This document shows, piece after piece, positions 27,510-36,121 of a stretch of DNA of 57,539 nt. The notes beneath the pieces were generated by a model. It was not told where the DNA came from and did no database searches. It worked only from the letters and a program-made list of their open reading frames with translations. How positions within the stretch are numbered: position 1 is the first letter of the stretch; the number at the start of each line of letters is the position of its first letter. The position numbers were made by a program, and so were the translations under genes. This stretch comes from an uncultured Methanosarcinales archaeon (GTDB lineage: Archaea; Nanobdellota; Nanobdellia; Woesearchaeales; CAZYIM01): contig CAZYIM010000016.1 of the NCBI GenBank assembly GCA_964647565.1, forward strand, positions 1-57,539, read 5' to 3'.

Positions 27510-28895
27510 TTAGTTGTCTGATAAGTTAAAAGCATTTATAATGTTTTCCACTAGCATGGCTATGGTCATAGGACCTATCCCTCCAGGAACTGGTGTTATG
27601 TACGAAGTCTTTTTCTTGACTTGCTCAAAGTCCACATCTCCAACCAACTTGTTATCTTTTTTAGATGTGCCTGCATCAATCACAACAGCACCTTCTTTGA
27701 CATAGTCCTCTGTTATCAGATGAGGTACGCCTGTAGCACTTATTAGTACATCGGCTTTCCTAGTCTTGCTCTTGATATCCTTGGTAAACTCATCGCAGAT
27801 AGTTACATTGAGTTTCCTGTTCTTTAGCATGATTGCTAAGGGTTTGCCAACTAATCTGCCGTGGCCGACTAGGATTATGTGTTTGTCTTTAAGCTTGATA
27901 TCATAGTATGTCAGCAGAGTTATTATGCCTTTTGGAGTGCAGCAGACTAGGATTTCATCACCTTGTTCCAGCTTTTTCATGCTGGCGACAGAAAGACCAT
28001 CGACATCCTTTTCTAGAATTACAGCATTAATGATTTTATCAGTGTTAAGATGCTTGGGTAATGGAAGCTGTACAAGTATGCCTGTGATAGTCGAATTCTG
28101 GTTGAGTGTTCGTATTTTATTGATAATACTTTCTTCATTACTATCCTGCGGAAACTTGATAAGCTCAAAAGCAATGCCTATATCTTCGCAAACCTTACCT
28201 TTTCTCTTGACATAGGCCTCTGAAGCCGGATCAGTACCTACTAGTATGACAGCGAGCTTGGCCTTTATTCCTTGCTCTTTTATCTCCTGTTTCAGATTTT
28301 CAATAATTTCAGAAGACACCTTTCTGCCGTCCATTAGCTTGGCTGATTTTTCAACTGTTCTCTTATCTGTGATGATTTTACCCGCCTGTTGATCATGCTC
28401 CTCTATCTGTACCTTTTCTACTAGTTGGAAATCATAGGCAAGACAGATAGTCATAATTTCAGGATGGTGGGCCAGTAACCTGTCATAATAGCCTGCACCT
28501 CTTCCAAGCCTGTTGCAATGGAGGTCACATCCGACGCAGGGCAGGATAATCATTTCTAGTTCCTCCACATTTATGGTTAATGAACTTTCTTTTGGCTCCA
28601 TAATTCCAAAACTTCCTTTTTCCAACTCATCTGCAGAGAGAATTTCCTTGAATTCGAGTTGTTCATCCATAACTCTTGGTAGAAAAACTCTTTTTCCATA
28701 TTTTATAAGTTCAGGGATTAGCTCTTTTGTTGAAACCTCGTTGTCTTTTGGAAAATAGATGGCAATCTTGCTAGATTTTTTGACTTCATTACATTTTAGA
28801 AGTTTTTCTATAATATTTCTTGATCTTTTTATAATTTCCTCACTTTCAAGCTGATTTCTTTGCTCAATAAGCTGCTTTCTTAAAACACCCTTCAT
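27510..28895 (-). CDS. folD: Fusion: 5-formyltetrahydrofolate cyclo-ligase + methylene-THF dehydrogenase/cyclohydrolase
   Basis: N-terminal NEV, FGIMEP, NRLGRGAGYYDR, EEHD; from about 28340 MDGRK, ILVQLPLP, KDVDG, CTPKG, VGKP, GDVD, TPVPGGIGPMT. Start moved to ATG 28895. Confidence 0.92.
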   Translation of the reverse strand: MKGVLRKQLIEQRNQLESEEIIKRSRNIIEKLLKCNEVKKSSKIAIYFPKDNEVSTKELIPELIKYGKRVFLPRVMDEQLEFKEILSADELEKGSFGIMEPKESSLTINVEELEMIILPCVGCDLHCNRLGRGAGYYDRLLAHHPEIMTICLAYDFQLVEKVQIEEHDQQAGKIITDKRTVEKSAKLMDGRKVSSEIIENLKQEIKEQGIKAKLAVILVGTDPASEAYVKRKGKVCEDIGIAFELIKFPQDSNEESIINKIRTLNQNSTITGILVQLPLPKHLNTDKIINAVILEKDVDGLSVASMKKLEQGDEILVCCTPKGIITLLTYYDIKLKDKHIILVGHGRLVGKPLAIMLKNRKLNVTICDEFTKDIKSKTRKADVLISATGVPHLITEDYVKEGAVVIDAGTSKKDNKLVGDVDFEQVKKKTSYITPVPGGIGPMTIAMLVENIINAFNLSDN

Positions 28896-28982
28896 CTCGA
28901 GAATAATGAATAGCCATGATTTTATTAAGGTTTTGAAATTTTCTAGAGAAAATTTATAAATTAAACGCCAACTGCCATTGTC

Positions 28983-29609
28983 ATGCGTGCGCAAGACAAG
29001 ATACTGGTTATGTTAAGCGTCTTTGTAACAGCTTTGATTTGCTCTAATCTTCTTGGCAGTAAAATAACTGTGATTCTGGGAGTTCCTGTATCAGTGGGTA
29101 TATTTGCTTACCCTATAACGTTTCTTATGACTGATATGGTGGAGGAGGTCTATGGAAGAAAAAAGACAAAACTCTTTATCATAGGAGGCGTCCTAGCTTT
29201 ACTATTAACCCTTGTACTGACTTTCCTTGGTAAGATTCTGCCTCCTGCTGGCTTTTACAAGTTTAATGATGCCTATGTAACTATATTTTCAAACTCCATC
29301 AGGATTATCATAGCTAGCTTAGTGGCTTTCTTTTTGAGCCAGATTCATGATATTTGGGCATTCAACTTCTGGAAAAAAAAGACCAAAGGTCGTTTTTTGT
29401 GGCTTAGAAACAATCTCTCTACTGCTGTAAGTCAATTTATTGATACCACTATTTTTATGTTTATTGCGTTCTATGCAATAACTCCCGACTATACTGCTGC
29501 CAAGATGTTTGCTATGATTGTACCCTATTGGCTGTTGAAGGTCTTGTTTGCAATCTTTGATACACCTTTGTGTTACTTAGGTGTCAAGTGGTTGAGAAAG
29601 GATACTTGA
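28983..29609 (+). CDS. YhhQ/Vut_1 family (queuosine-precursor) transporter
   Basis: SNLLGSK, YPITFLMTD..EVYG, RIIIASLVAF..SQ, LWLRNNLST..SQFIDT, DTP. Confidence 0.9.
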   Translation: MRAQDKILVMLSVFVTALICSNLLGSKITVILGVPVSVGIFAYPITFLMTDMVEEVYGRKKTKLFIIGGVLALLLTLVLTFLGKILPPAGFYKFNDAYVTIFSNSIRIIIASLVAFFLSQIHDIWAFNFWKKKTKGRFLWLRNNLSTAVSQFIDTTIFMFIAFYAITPDYTAAKMFAMIVPYWLLKVLFAIFDTPLCYLGVKWLRKDT

Positions 29610-30862
29610 GAATCAAGGAACTCTTTTACTTCTCCTGCTACAAACAAGGAACCTGTGATTATAACAGCATCGTTTTTTCCTGCTTGTTTTAAAGAGTAGC
29701 TAACAGCTGCACTAACTTTCCTTTTTTCAATTATGTGCTTACAATGGGGGCTGGCTATTTTTTTCAGCAGTTTAGTATCAGTTCCTCTGTATTGGGCCTG
29801 GCAGATTATGAGTTGATCAGCAATTCCTGCTAAGATAGGCACCATTTTTGTCATGTCCTTATCGTCAGATATGCCTAGAACCAACGTTATTTTATCATAC
29901 TGCTTGAGTTGATTTTGGATGTAATTTTTCAAAAGCTTGAATCCTTCTATTGTATGAGAGCAGTCCAGTATGACAAGTGGTGTTTTCTTAACTATCTCGA
30001 GTCGGGCGGGCCATTCTGTTTTATCTATGCTCTTGATAATAGTCTTTTTATCAATGCCAAGAATCTCACTGGTTAGTATGGCTGATGCAATATTAAACAA
30101 TTGATGTTTGCCTAATAATTGGGTTGATATATTATATTTATTCTTGGCAGTTACCATTACTGCAGTTTGAGAATCCAGATATTTTTTGTTATGTCGTATC
30201 TTGACGAGTTTATGAACCTCGAACAGCTTAGCATTTCTTTTTTTGCTCTCATCTTTAATAACCTTCAGGGCATTGCCAGTTGCTGATGTGATGACTGGTG
30301 TGCCTCTTTTTATTATGCCTGCCTTTTCTTTTGCGATCTTTTCAAGAGTATTGCCCAGGTATTTCTGATGTTCCAGAGATATGCTAGTTATAATGGTTGC
30401 TACAGGTATTATGATGTTAGTGGCATCAAGCCTTCCTCCCAACCCTGTCTCAATCACGGCATAATCCACTTTTTTTTGTTTGAAATATAGAAATGCTATT
30501 GCTGTAGTAAATTCAAAGAAACTAGCATCCAGATTGTTTTTTTTTAGATTCTTGTTGATTTCCTCAAACAAACGCAATAATTCCTTATCTTTGATTTCTT
30601 TGTCGTCGACCACAATTCGTTCGTTGAACTTTACAAGATGCGGAGATGTATATAATCCGACTGAATAGCCAGCTTGCTTAAGAATAGTATATATGACCTT
30701 AGCTGTGCTGCCTTTGCCATTAGTGCCTGCTATGTGCAGTGTTCTATAGTTGTCTTGAGGCTTGCCAAGACAGTGCATTAAGGCTTGAATTCTTTCGAGG
30801 CCGAGTTTAATGCCTTTTTTTTCCAATCCATATAACCAAGAAAGTCTTCTGTTGATAGACAT
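29573..30862 (-). CDS. folC: Folylpolyglutamate synthase/dihydrofolate synthase
   Basis: HIAGTNGKGST, YTSPHL..FNERI, ETGLGGRLDATN, EH..LG..IAKEKAGIIK, WPARLE, TGSLF. Confidence 0.94.
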   Translation of the reverse strand: MSINRRLSWLYGLEKKGIKLGLERIQALMHCLGKPQDNYRTLHIAGTNGKGSTAKVIYTILKQAGYSVGLYTSPHLVKFNERIVVDDKEIKDKELLRLFEEINKNLKKNNLDASFFEFTTAIAFLYFKQKKVDYAVIETGLGGRLDATNIIIPVATIITSISLEHQKYLGNTLEKIAKEKAGIIKRGTPVITSATGNALKVIKDESKKRNAKLFEVHKLVKIRHNKKYLDSQTAVMVTAKNKYNISTQLLGKHQLFNIASAILTSEILGIDKKTIIKSIDKTEWPARLEIVKKTPLVILDCSHTIEGFKLLKNYIQNQLKQYDKITLVLGISDDKDMTKMVPILAGIADQLIICQAQYRGTDTKLLKKIASPHCKHIIEKRKVSAAVSYSLKQAGKNDAVIITGSLFVAGEVKEFLDSQVSFLNHLTPK

Positions 30863-30863
30863 C

Positions 30864-32093
30864 TTAATCAAGGGGAAACTGTTTACATAGTTCCAGAACT
30901 TCCTGTTTTATCTTTTCTTTGACAGCTGGATTATCATGATTCTTGACAACAGTTGCAATGAACCTTCCGATCTCTTTCATCTCACTTTCTTTCATACCTC
31001 TTGTTGTGATTGCAGGAGTACCCAGCCTGATGCCGCTTGGATTAAAGGGCGTTTTAGGATCAAAGGGAATCATGTTCTTATTTACTGTTATGCCAACCTC
31101 ATCAAGAGCAGATTCTGCTTCTTTGCCAACACAAAACTTCTGAAGATCTGCGAGGATAAGATGCGTGTCGGTGCCGCCTGTAACCAACCTGATACCTTGA
31201 TTCATCAGCTCATCTGCAAGCGCTCTTGCGTTCTTGACGATTTGTTGAGCATATTGCTTGAACTCTGGTTTGAGGGCTTCTTGAAAAGCTACTGCTTTTG
31301 CAGCATTCACATGGTTGTGAGGGCCTCCCTGCATACCTGGAAAGACAGCTCTGTCAATATCCTTTGCAAATTTTTCTTTGCAAAGTATCATAGCACCCCT
31401 TGGACCTCTTAAGGTTTTATGAGTCGTTGTAGTCACAACATCAGTGAAAGGAAAAGGAGAGGGGTGTACACCACCAACAATAAGACCTGCAATATGAGAT
31501 ATATCTGACATGCTGTAAGCTCCAATCTCATCTGCAATCTCCTGAAAAAGCTTGAAATCTATCAATCTCGGATATGCTGTTGCGCCTGATAGAATAAGTT
31601 TCGGTTTTTCATTTATTGCTAATTTTCTGATCACATCATAATCAAGCAGTTCTGTTTTCTTATCAACACCGTATTGAATGAAATTATATACCTTACCTGA
31701 GAAATTGATAGGATGACCGTGTGTCAGATGGCCTCCATGTGCAAGGTTCATACCCAGAATCTTGTCTCCAATATCCAATAGTGCAAAGTAAACTTCTAAG
31801 TTGGCTGGACTGCCAGAGTATGGCTGTACATTGACATGTTCAGCTCCAAAAAGCTGCTTTGCTCTTTTCATAGCCAGACTCTCAACATCATCAATGTAAA
31901 TATTACCTCCGTAGTATCTTTTTTTGGGATAGCCTTCCGAATATTTATTGGTCAGTACAGAGCCTAATGCTTCTAGTACTGCTTTGCTCACATAGTTTTC
32001 AGAAGGTATAAGCTCTAACCCCTTTTGGAGTCTTTTCTTTTCTAGTTCAATCAGATCAAATATTTTTTTATCCTCTTTTTTTAGGTCTGACAA
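30864..32093 (-). CDS. glyA: Serine hydroxymethyltransferase (bacterial THF type)
   Basis: [57 protein letters not shown] start with GGAGG RBS. Confidence 0.96.
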   Translation of the reverse strand: MSDLKKEDKKIFDLIELEKKRLQKGLELIPSENYVSKAVLEALGSVLTNKYSEGYPKKRYYGGNIYIDDVESLAMKRAKQLFGAEHVNVQPYSGSPANLEVYFALLDIGDKILGMNLAHGGHLTHGHPINFSGKVYNFIQYGVDKKTELLDYDVIRKLAINEKPKLILSGATAYPRLIDFKLFQEIADEIGAYSMSDISHIAGLIVGGVHPSPFPFTDVVTTTTHKTLRGPRGAMILCKEKFAKDIDRAVFPGMQGGPHNHVNAAKAVAFQEALKPEFKQYAQQIVKNARALADELMNQGIRLVTGGTDTHLILADLQKFCVGKEAESALDEVGITVNKNMIPFDPKTPFNPSGIRLGTPAITTRGMKESEMKEIGRFIATVVKNHDNPAVKEKIKQEVLELCKQFPLD

Positions 32094-32106
32094 TTTTGTT
32101 TCCTCC

Positions 32107-32838
32107 TTAGTCTTTCATGGCTACTACAAAATACCACGGAAGATATACTGGCCCAGAAAACTGGGCCCTGTTTTCGATTTCTGTTTTCATGGTGAAGGTT
32201 CCCCTGGCACCTTTGGGTGGTTTTGGAAGATCGATTGGAATGTTGAATCTAGCATATTTGAAAGTTGTGTAGCCCTGTTCTGCTAGCTGTTTCTCCATCT
32301 CAGTCAAAGAGAAGACATTAAAGTCTCCATCAGGATCGCTATCCTTGAGTTCGGGATTGGTGTGATCTCTAATATGGATCATAACATCAAGTGGACCTTC
32401 ATAAAACAATGAGTTGAATGCAATCCATCTAGGATTCAACTTGGTTAGAGCATCTAATGCGGGTTTTAGTTGTTTAAAGCAGCAAAATGTATGGACATTA
32501 AATATGCCATCAAATCTGCCGATGAACTCTTCGGGCAGATCGAACCAGTCTGCTGTTGTCAGCGAGACATTATTGAGCTTTAGACTATTGATAACCTCTT
32601 TACCCATGTTGATAAATGCCTGATTGTAGTCTGCGCCCAGAAATGATATGTGTGGATATTTCTTAGCTAGATAAGCAACATTATCTCCCCCGCCTGTGCC
32701 AATATCCAGGATTTCGGTATTGGCTTTGAAGCATCCATTATCATTTAAGAATTTTTCAAATTCTGTGGTGCTATACTTTGGCTTTTCAAACTGCTTTTTC
32801 TGATACTCTACCCCTAATTTCTTATTAATTAAAGTCAT
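32107..32838 (-). CDS. Class I SAM-dependent methyltransferase
   Basis: [21 protein letters not shown]. Confidence 0.8.
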   Translation of the reverse strand: MTLINKKLGVEYQKKQFEKPKYSTTEFEKFLNDNGCFKANTEILDIGTGGGDNVAYLAKKYPHISFLGADYNQAFINMGKEVINSLKLNNVSLTTADWFDLPEEFIGRFDGIFNVHTFCCFKQLKPALDALTKLNPRWIAFNSLFYEGPLDVMIHIRDHTNPELKDSDPDGDFNVFSLTEMEKQLAEQGYTTFKYARFNIPIDLPKPPKGARGTFTMKTEIENRAQFSGPVYLPWYFVVAMKD

Positions 32839-32861
32839 AAACTACCCCTCTAAATATGGTT

Positions 32862-33881
32862 TTATTTTTTTAAGCCGTCTGGTGTGTAGACTGCAACAAA
32901 GTTTTTAGCATGGTCTAGATTGGAATGTGGTGTGAATAATCTCTGTCCCGCTCGCATAGCATCAATTATCAGCTTGCCTTCTTCATCTCTAGCATCCTTG
33001 ATCCAAATTCCTCCACCTTTAGCAGCCACAAAGACGCCGTTCTTGGTTTTTCTGTAGATTATGCCTCCCATGAACGGATGAAACGTATCAGGATCCTTGG
33101 TGGGCTCTACTTTTTTAAGGAAGATTCTCTTGCCTTTCCAAAAAGTTGATGCGCCAGGATATGGATCATCAAAAGCGCATATGAATCTGATGATCTCGTC
33201 TTTTTTCCATTCCCAATTGATAAATCCGTGAATGGGTGTGTGTAATCTTGGAAAATAAGTGCTTTTTAGTTCATCTTGAGGTATCAATGTGAACTCTTTA
33301 TGAGCATCTATATCCTTAAGAAATCCTTCCATAAACTGTTTATCAGTTTGGGCAGTGTATTCATCAAAATCAAATGGGAGTTTGCAGTTCTTTGGGAACT
33401 TGAAATGCTGCCTTTTTATAATATCTCCTGTGTCCAGACCACTGTCCACGATGTGTATGAGATTAGCCGCCTCTTTATCATCGTTGAGAATGTTCCAGGA
33501 AGCTCCTCCTGCCCCCCTATTTCTGGGTAGGTCTCTTGAGTGAAGATTAAGCAATCTATTACCGCCAAAGAGATCAATGAACTCTTGTTTAAATATCCAG
33601 GGTGCTCCAAAAGAAAATCCGATAGTAAATTCAGTTATGATATCTCTAACTAGTTTATTGTTGGTGATGTCACTAGTTACTATACATTTTACTCCAAGTC
33701 TCTTTAAGAAATCCGCCAAAGAGATTCCATTTAGCTTTTCGATGATAAGTCTCTTGCTTGTAACCACATAGATTTCGTATTTCTTTTCTTTGGATATTTT
33801 TTGAGCAAGATGTCGTAAAACCCGTCCTCCCCCGAATAGTACGATGGTATCTATCTTGCCAAACTTGATTTTTTTAGTCAT
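32862..33881 (-). CDS. 10-formyl-THF-dependent formyltransferase (Fmt-like fold), probable sugar N-formyltransferase
   Basis: LLNLHSRDLPRNRG and LDTGDII (catalytic N/H/D), INWEW, DPYPGA; directly downstream of pseC. Confidence 0.85.
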   Translation of the reverse strand: MTKKIKFGKIDTIVLFGGGRVLRHLAQKISKEKKYEIYVVTSKRLIIEKLNGISLADFLKRLGVKCIVTSDITNNKLVRDIITEFTIGFSFGAPWIFKQEFIDLFGGNRLLNLHSRDLPRNRGAGGASWNILNDDKEAANLIHIVDSGLDTGDIIKRQHFKFPKNCKLPFDFDEYTAQTDKQFMEGFLKDIDAHKEFTLIPQDELKSTYFPRLHTPIHGFINWEWKKDEIIRFICAFDDPYPGASTFWKGKRIFLKKVEPTKDPDTFHPFMGGIIYRKTKNGVFVAAKGGGIWIKDARDEEGKLIIDAMRAGQRLFTPHSNLDHAKNFVAVYTPDGLKK

Positions 33882-33889
33882 TTTACATT

Positions 33890-35023
33890 CTATGATTTGA
33901 AAAAATTTTTAATTTCACTTATTACTTTTTGCTGTTCCTGATCGGTTAAGCCCGGGTACATAGGTATAGACAATATCCTTTGGTAAAACTTTTCTGCATT
34001 GGGACAAAGGCCTTTCTTGTATCCCAGTTTTTGGTATGCTGGATGCCAATAGACAGGAATATAATGGACCTGACAGTAGATACCCTCAGTTTTGAGATAG
34101 TCATAAAGCCTTTTTCGAGTTTTTCCATCTTTAACTCTTATGACATAAAGATGGTATGGATTGTGCTGATCTGTTTTTTCAAGTAATGGTTTGATGTTAG
34201 GATCGTTCACAAAAGCATTATCATATCTGATTGCAATCTGTCTTCTTCTCTTTACAAATGATTCAAGTTTTTTTAGTTGACTCAATCCAAGGGCGCATTG
34301 AAAGTCAGTAATCCTGTAGTTATAGCTTATGTCGTGGATCTCATAGAACCAACCACCTTCTTTATTATTGATTAACACTTTAGGATCCTTGGTCATGCCA
34401 TGGTTTCTTAGCATCTTAAGCTTTTCATATAACTCTTGGGAATTAGTGGTAATCATGCCCCCTTCACCAGTTGTGATATGTTTTACAGGGTGGAAGCTGA
34501 AGATTGACATATCAGCATATTTGCAATTGCCAATAGGAGTACCATCATATTTACCACCAATAGCATGGCAGGAATCTTCAATTACTATTAGCTTATGTTT
34601 CTTAGCAATATCCCCTATCTGTTTCATATTACAGCTGAGACCAGTATAGTCAACAGGTATGATTACTTTAGTGTCCTTGGTGATATTTGCCTCAATCTTT
34701 TCAGCATCAATTAAACCTTGATCATCAACATCCACAAACACAGGGGTTGCGCCGCAGAATAAGCCGCAGTTGGCAGAAGCCGCAAAAGTCATTGGGCTGG
34801 TTATTAATTCATCACCCTGCTTAAGACCTGCTGCCATAGCTGCAATATGCAGGGCTGCTGTTCCGTTAGAGACTGCTACTGCATATTTAGCTTTGACTGT
34901 CTTTGCAACATTGCTTTCAAATTCATCAACAGCAGGACCTGTAGTTAGAAAATCACTTTTTAGTACTTCATCTACCGCTTGAATATCTTCTTCATCTATC
35001 TTTTGTTTACCGTAAGGGATCAT
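33890..35023 (-). CDS. pseC: UDP-4-amino-4,6-dideoxy-N-acetyl-beta-L-altrosamine transaminase (DegT family)
   Basis: MIPYGKQ.I, SDFLTTGP, SNGTAALH, FSFHPVKHITTGEGG, NYRITD, QVHYIP. Confidence 0.9.
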   Translation of the reverse strand: MIPYGKQKIDEEDIQAVDEVLKSDFLTTGPAVDEFESNVAKTVKAKYAVAVSNGTAALHIAAMAAGLKQGDELITSPMTFAASANCGLFCGATPVFVDVDDQGLIDAEKIEANITKDTKVIIPVDYTGLSCNMKQIGDIAKKHKLIVIEDSCHAIGGKYDGTPIGNCKYADMSIFSFHPVKHITTGEGGMITTNSQELYEKLKMLRNHGMTKDPKVLINNKEGGWFYEIHDISYNYRITDFQCALGLSQLKKLESFVKRRRQIAIRYDNAFVNDPNIKPLLEKTDQHNPYHLYVIRVKDGKTRKRLYDYLKTEGIYCQVHYIPVYWHPAYQKLGYKKGLCPNAEKFYQRILSIPMYPGLTDQEQQKVISEIKNFFKS

Positions 35024-36036
35024 TATAATAGATTGAGGTCCTTAAATATCTTATAAATGTTTTCCTTGCTCACAAGGGTATCCTTAGAACAATAACCTTG
35101 GATCATGTTCTCATCCAGCTTATCTCCATTTTTACAATATTCTATTTTATGCAAATGCTGGTATTTTTGGATAGAAGAAGTTATTACAAACATGTTCTTA
35201 AAGGCAAATGTTCTTGGTACTTCTGATACATTGATCATTTCCTCATGCATTTTTTCGCCTGGTCTGATTCCAATGACCTCAACAGGATTGTGAGCGTTAT
35301 GTTTCTCTTTAAGTATATCAATTAGGTCTGTGATGAGGAATGAGGGTAATTTAGGTACAAATACTTCACCTCCCACACCATATTTGATGGCGTTGAAGAC
35401 AAGGTTTACAGCTTTCATAGGAGATATGATGAACCTAGTCATCCTTTTATCTGTAAGGGGTATCTTTTGTCTGGAAATGATTTTTTCTTCGAAGAAAGGG
35501 ATGACTGAGCCAGTACTCTCTAACACGTTACCATATCTCACACTGGTGAAAATCGTAGGTGCTGGACCCTTGTTGTAATTACTTTCAGTAAAGATTCTCT
35601 CTCCGACAAACTTACAAGCTCCATACGTATTTACTGGTGAACATGCCTTGTCAGATGAGACAAAAACAGCGATTTTTACATTATTTTCGAGACAGGCATC
35701 AACAACATTCATAGTGCCCAGAATGTTGGTCTTGATCACTTCGTCGACATTATATTCGAGGATATCAATTCTTTTCAATGCAGCAGCATGGATTACAATA
35801 TCCGCACCTTTCATTGCCCTCTTAAGACGTTGGATATCCCTAATGTCGCCGATGAGGTTCCTAATTATTTCATTATTGTTGAATTTTTCTTGAAGTCGAT
35901 GATGCTTAACTTCATCTCTGCTGAAAACCCTGATACTATAAGGTTTATATTTTAAAATCTCCCTGACGAGAGCTCTGCCTAAAAAACCTGTACCTCCTGT
36001 GATTAGAATAGTCTTTCCTTTGAATATGTTTTCCAT
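35023..36036 (-). CDS. pseB: UDP-GlcNAc 4,6-dehydratase (inverting), PseB/CapD family
   Basis: ITGGTGFLG, FSRDEVK, HAAALK, SSDKA..PVNTYG..K, VRYGNV..S.GSVIP, MTRF, GIRPGEK. Confidence 0.88.
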   Translation of the reverse strand: MENIFKGKTILITGGTGFLGRALVREILKYKPYSIRVFSRDEVKHHRLQEKFNNNEIIRNLIGDIRDIQRLKRAMKGADIVIHAAALKRIDILEYNVDEVIKTNILGTMNVVDACLENNVKIAVFVSSDKACSPVNTYGACKFVGERIFTESNYNKGPAPTIFTSVRYGNVLESTGSVIPFFEEKIISRQKIPLTDKRMTRFIISPMKAVNLVFNAIKYGVGGEVFVPKLPSFLITDLIDILKEKHNAHNPVEVIGIRPGEKMHEEMINVSEVPRTFAFKNMFVITSSIQKYQHLHKIEYCKNGDKLDENMIQGYCSKDTLVSKENIYKIFKDLNLL

Positions 36037-36121
36037 TGAACCACCTGATTATATGATAATAGGAGTTAAGAATAAAGGAGAATTTTAAAAGCTTTCCTTT
36101 TACACTGTATTTTAAGGTCTT

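Noticed and set aside
28896..28982. preQ1 or THF riboswitch upstream of yhhQ/folD
   Set aside because: The 87-bp AT-rich gap holds two divergent TATA boxes at leaderless spacing; there is no room or consensus for an aptamer.
32862..33881. Methionyl-tRNA formyltransferase (fmt)
   Set aside because: Archaeal context, no def gene, and position directly after pseC favour a sugar formyltransferase.
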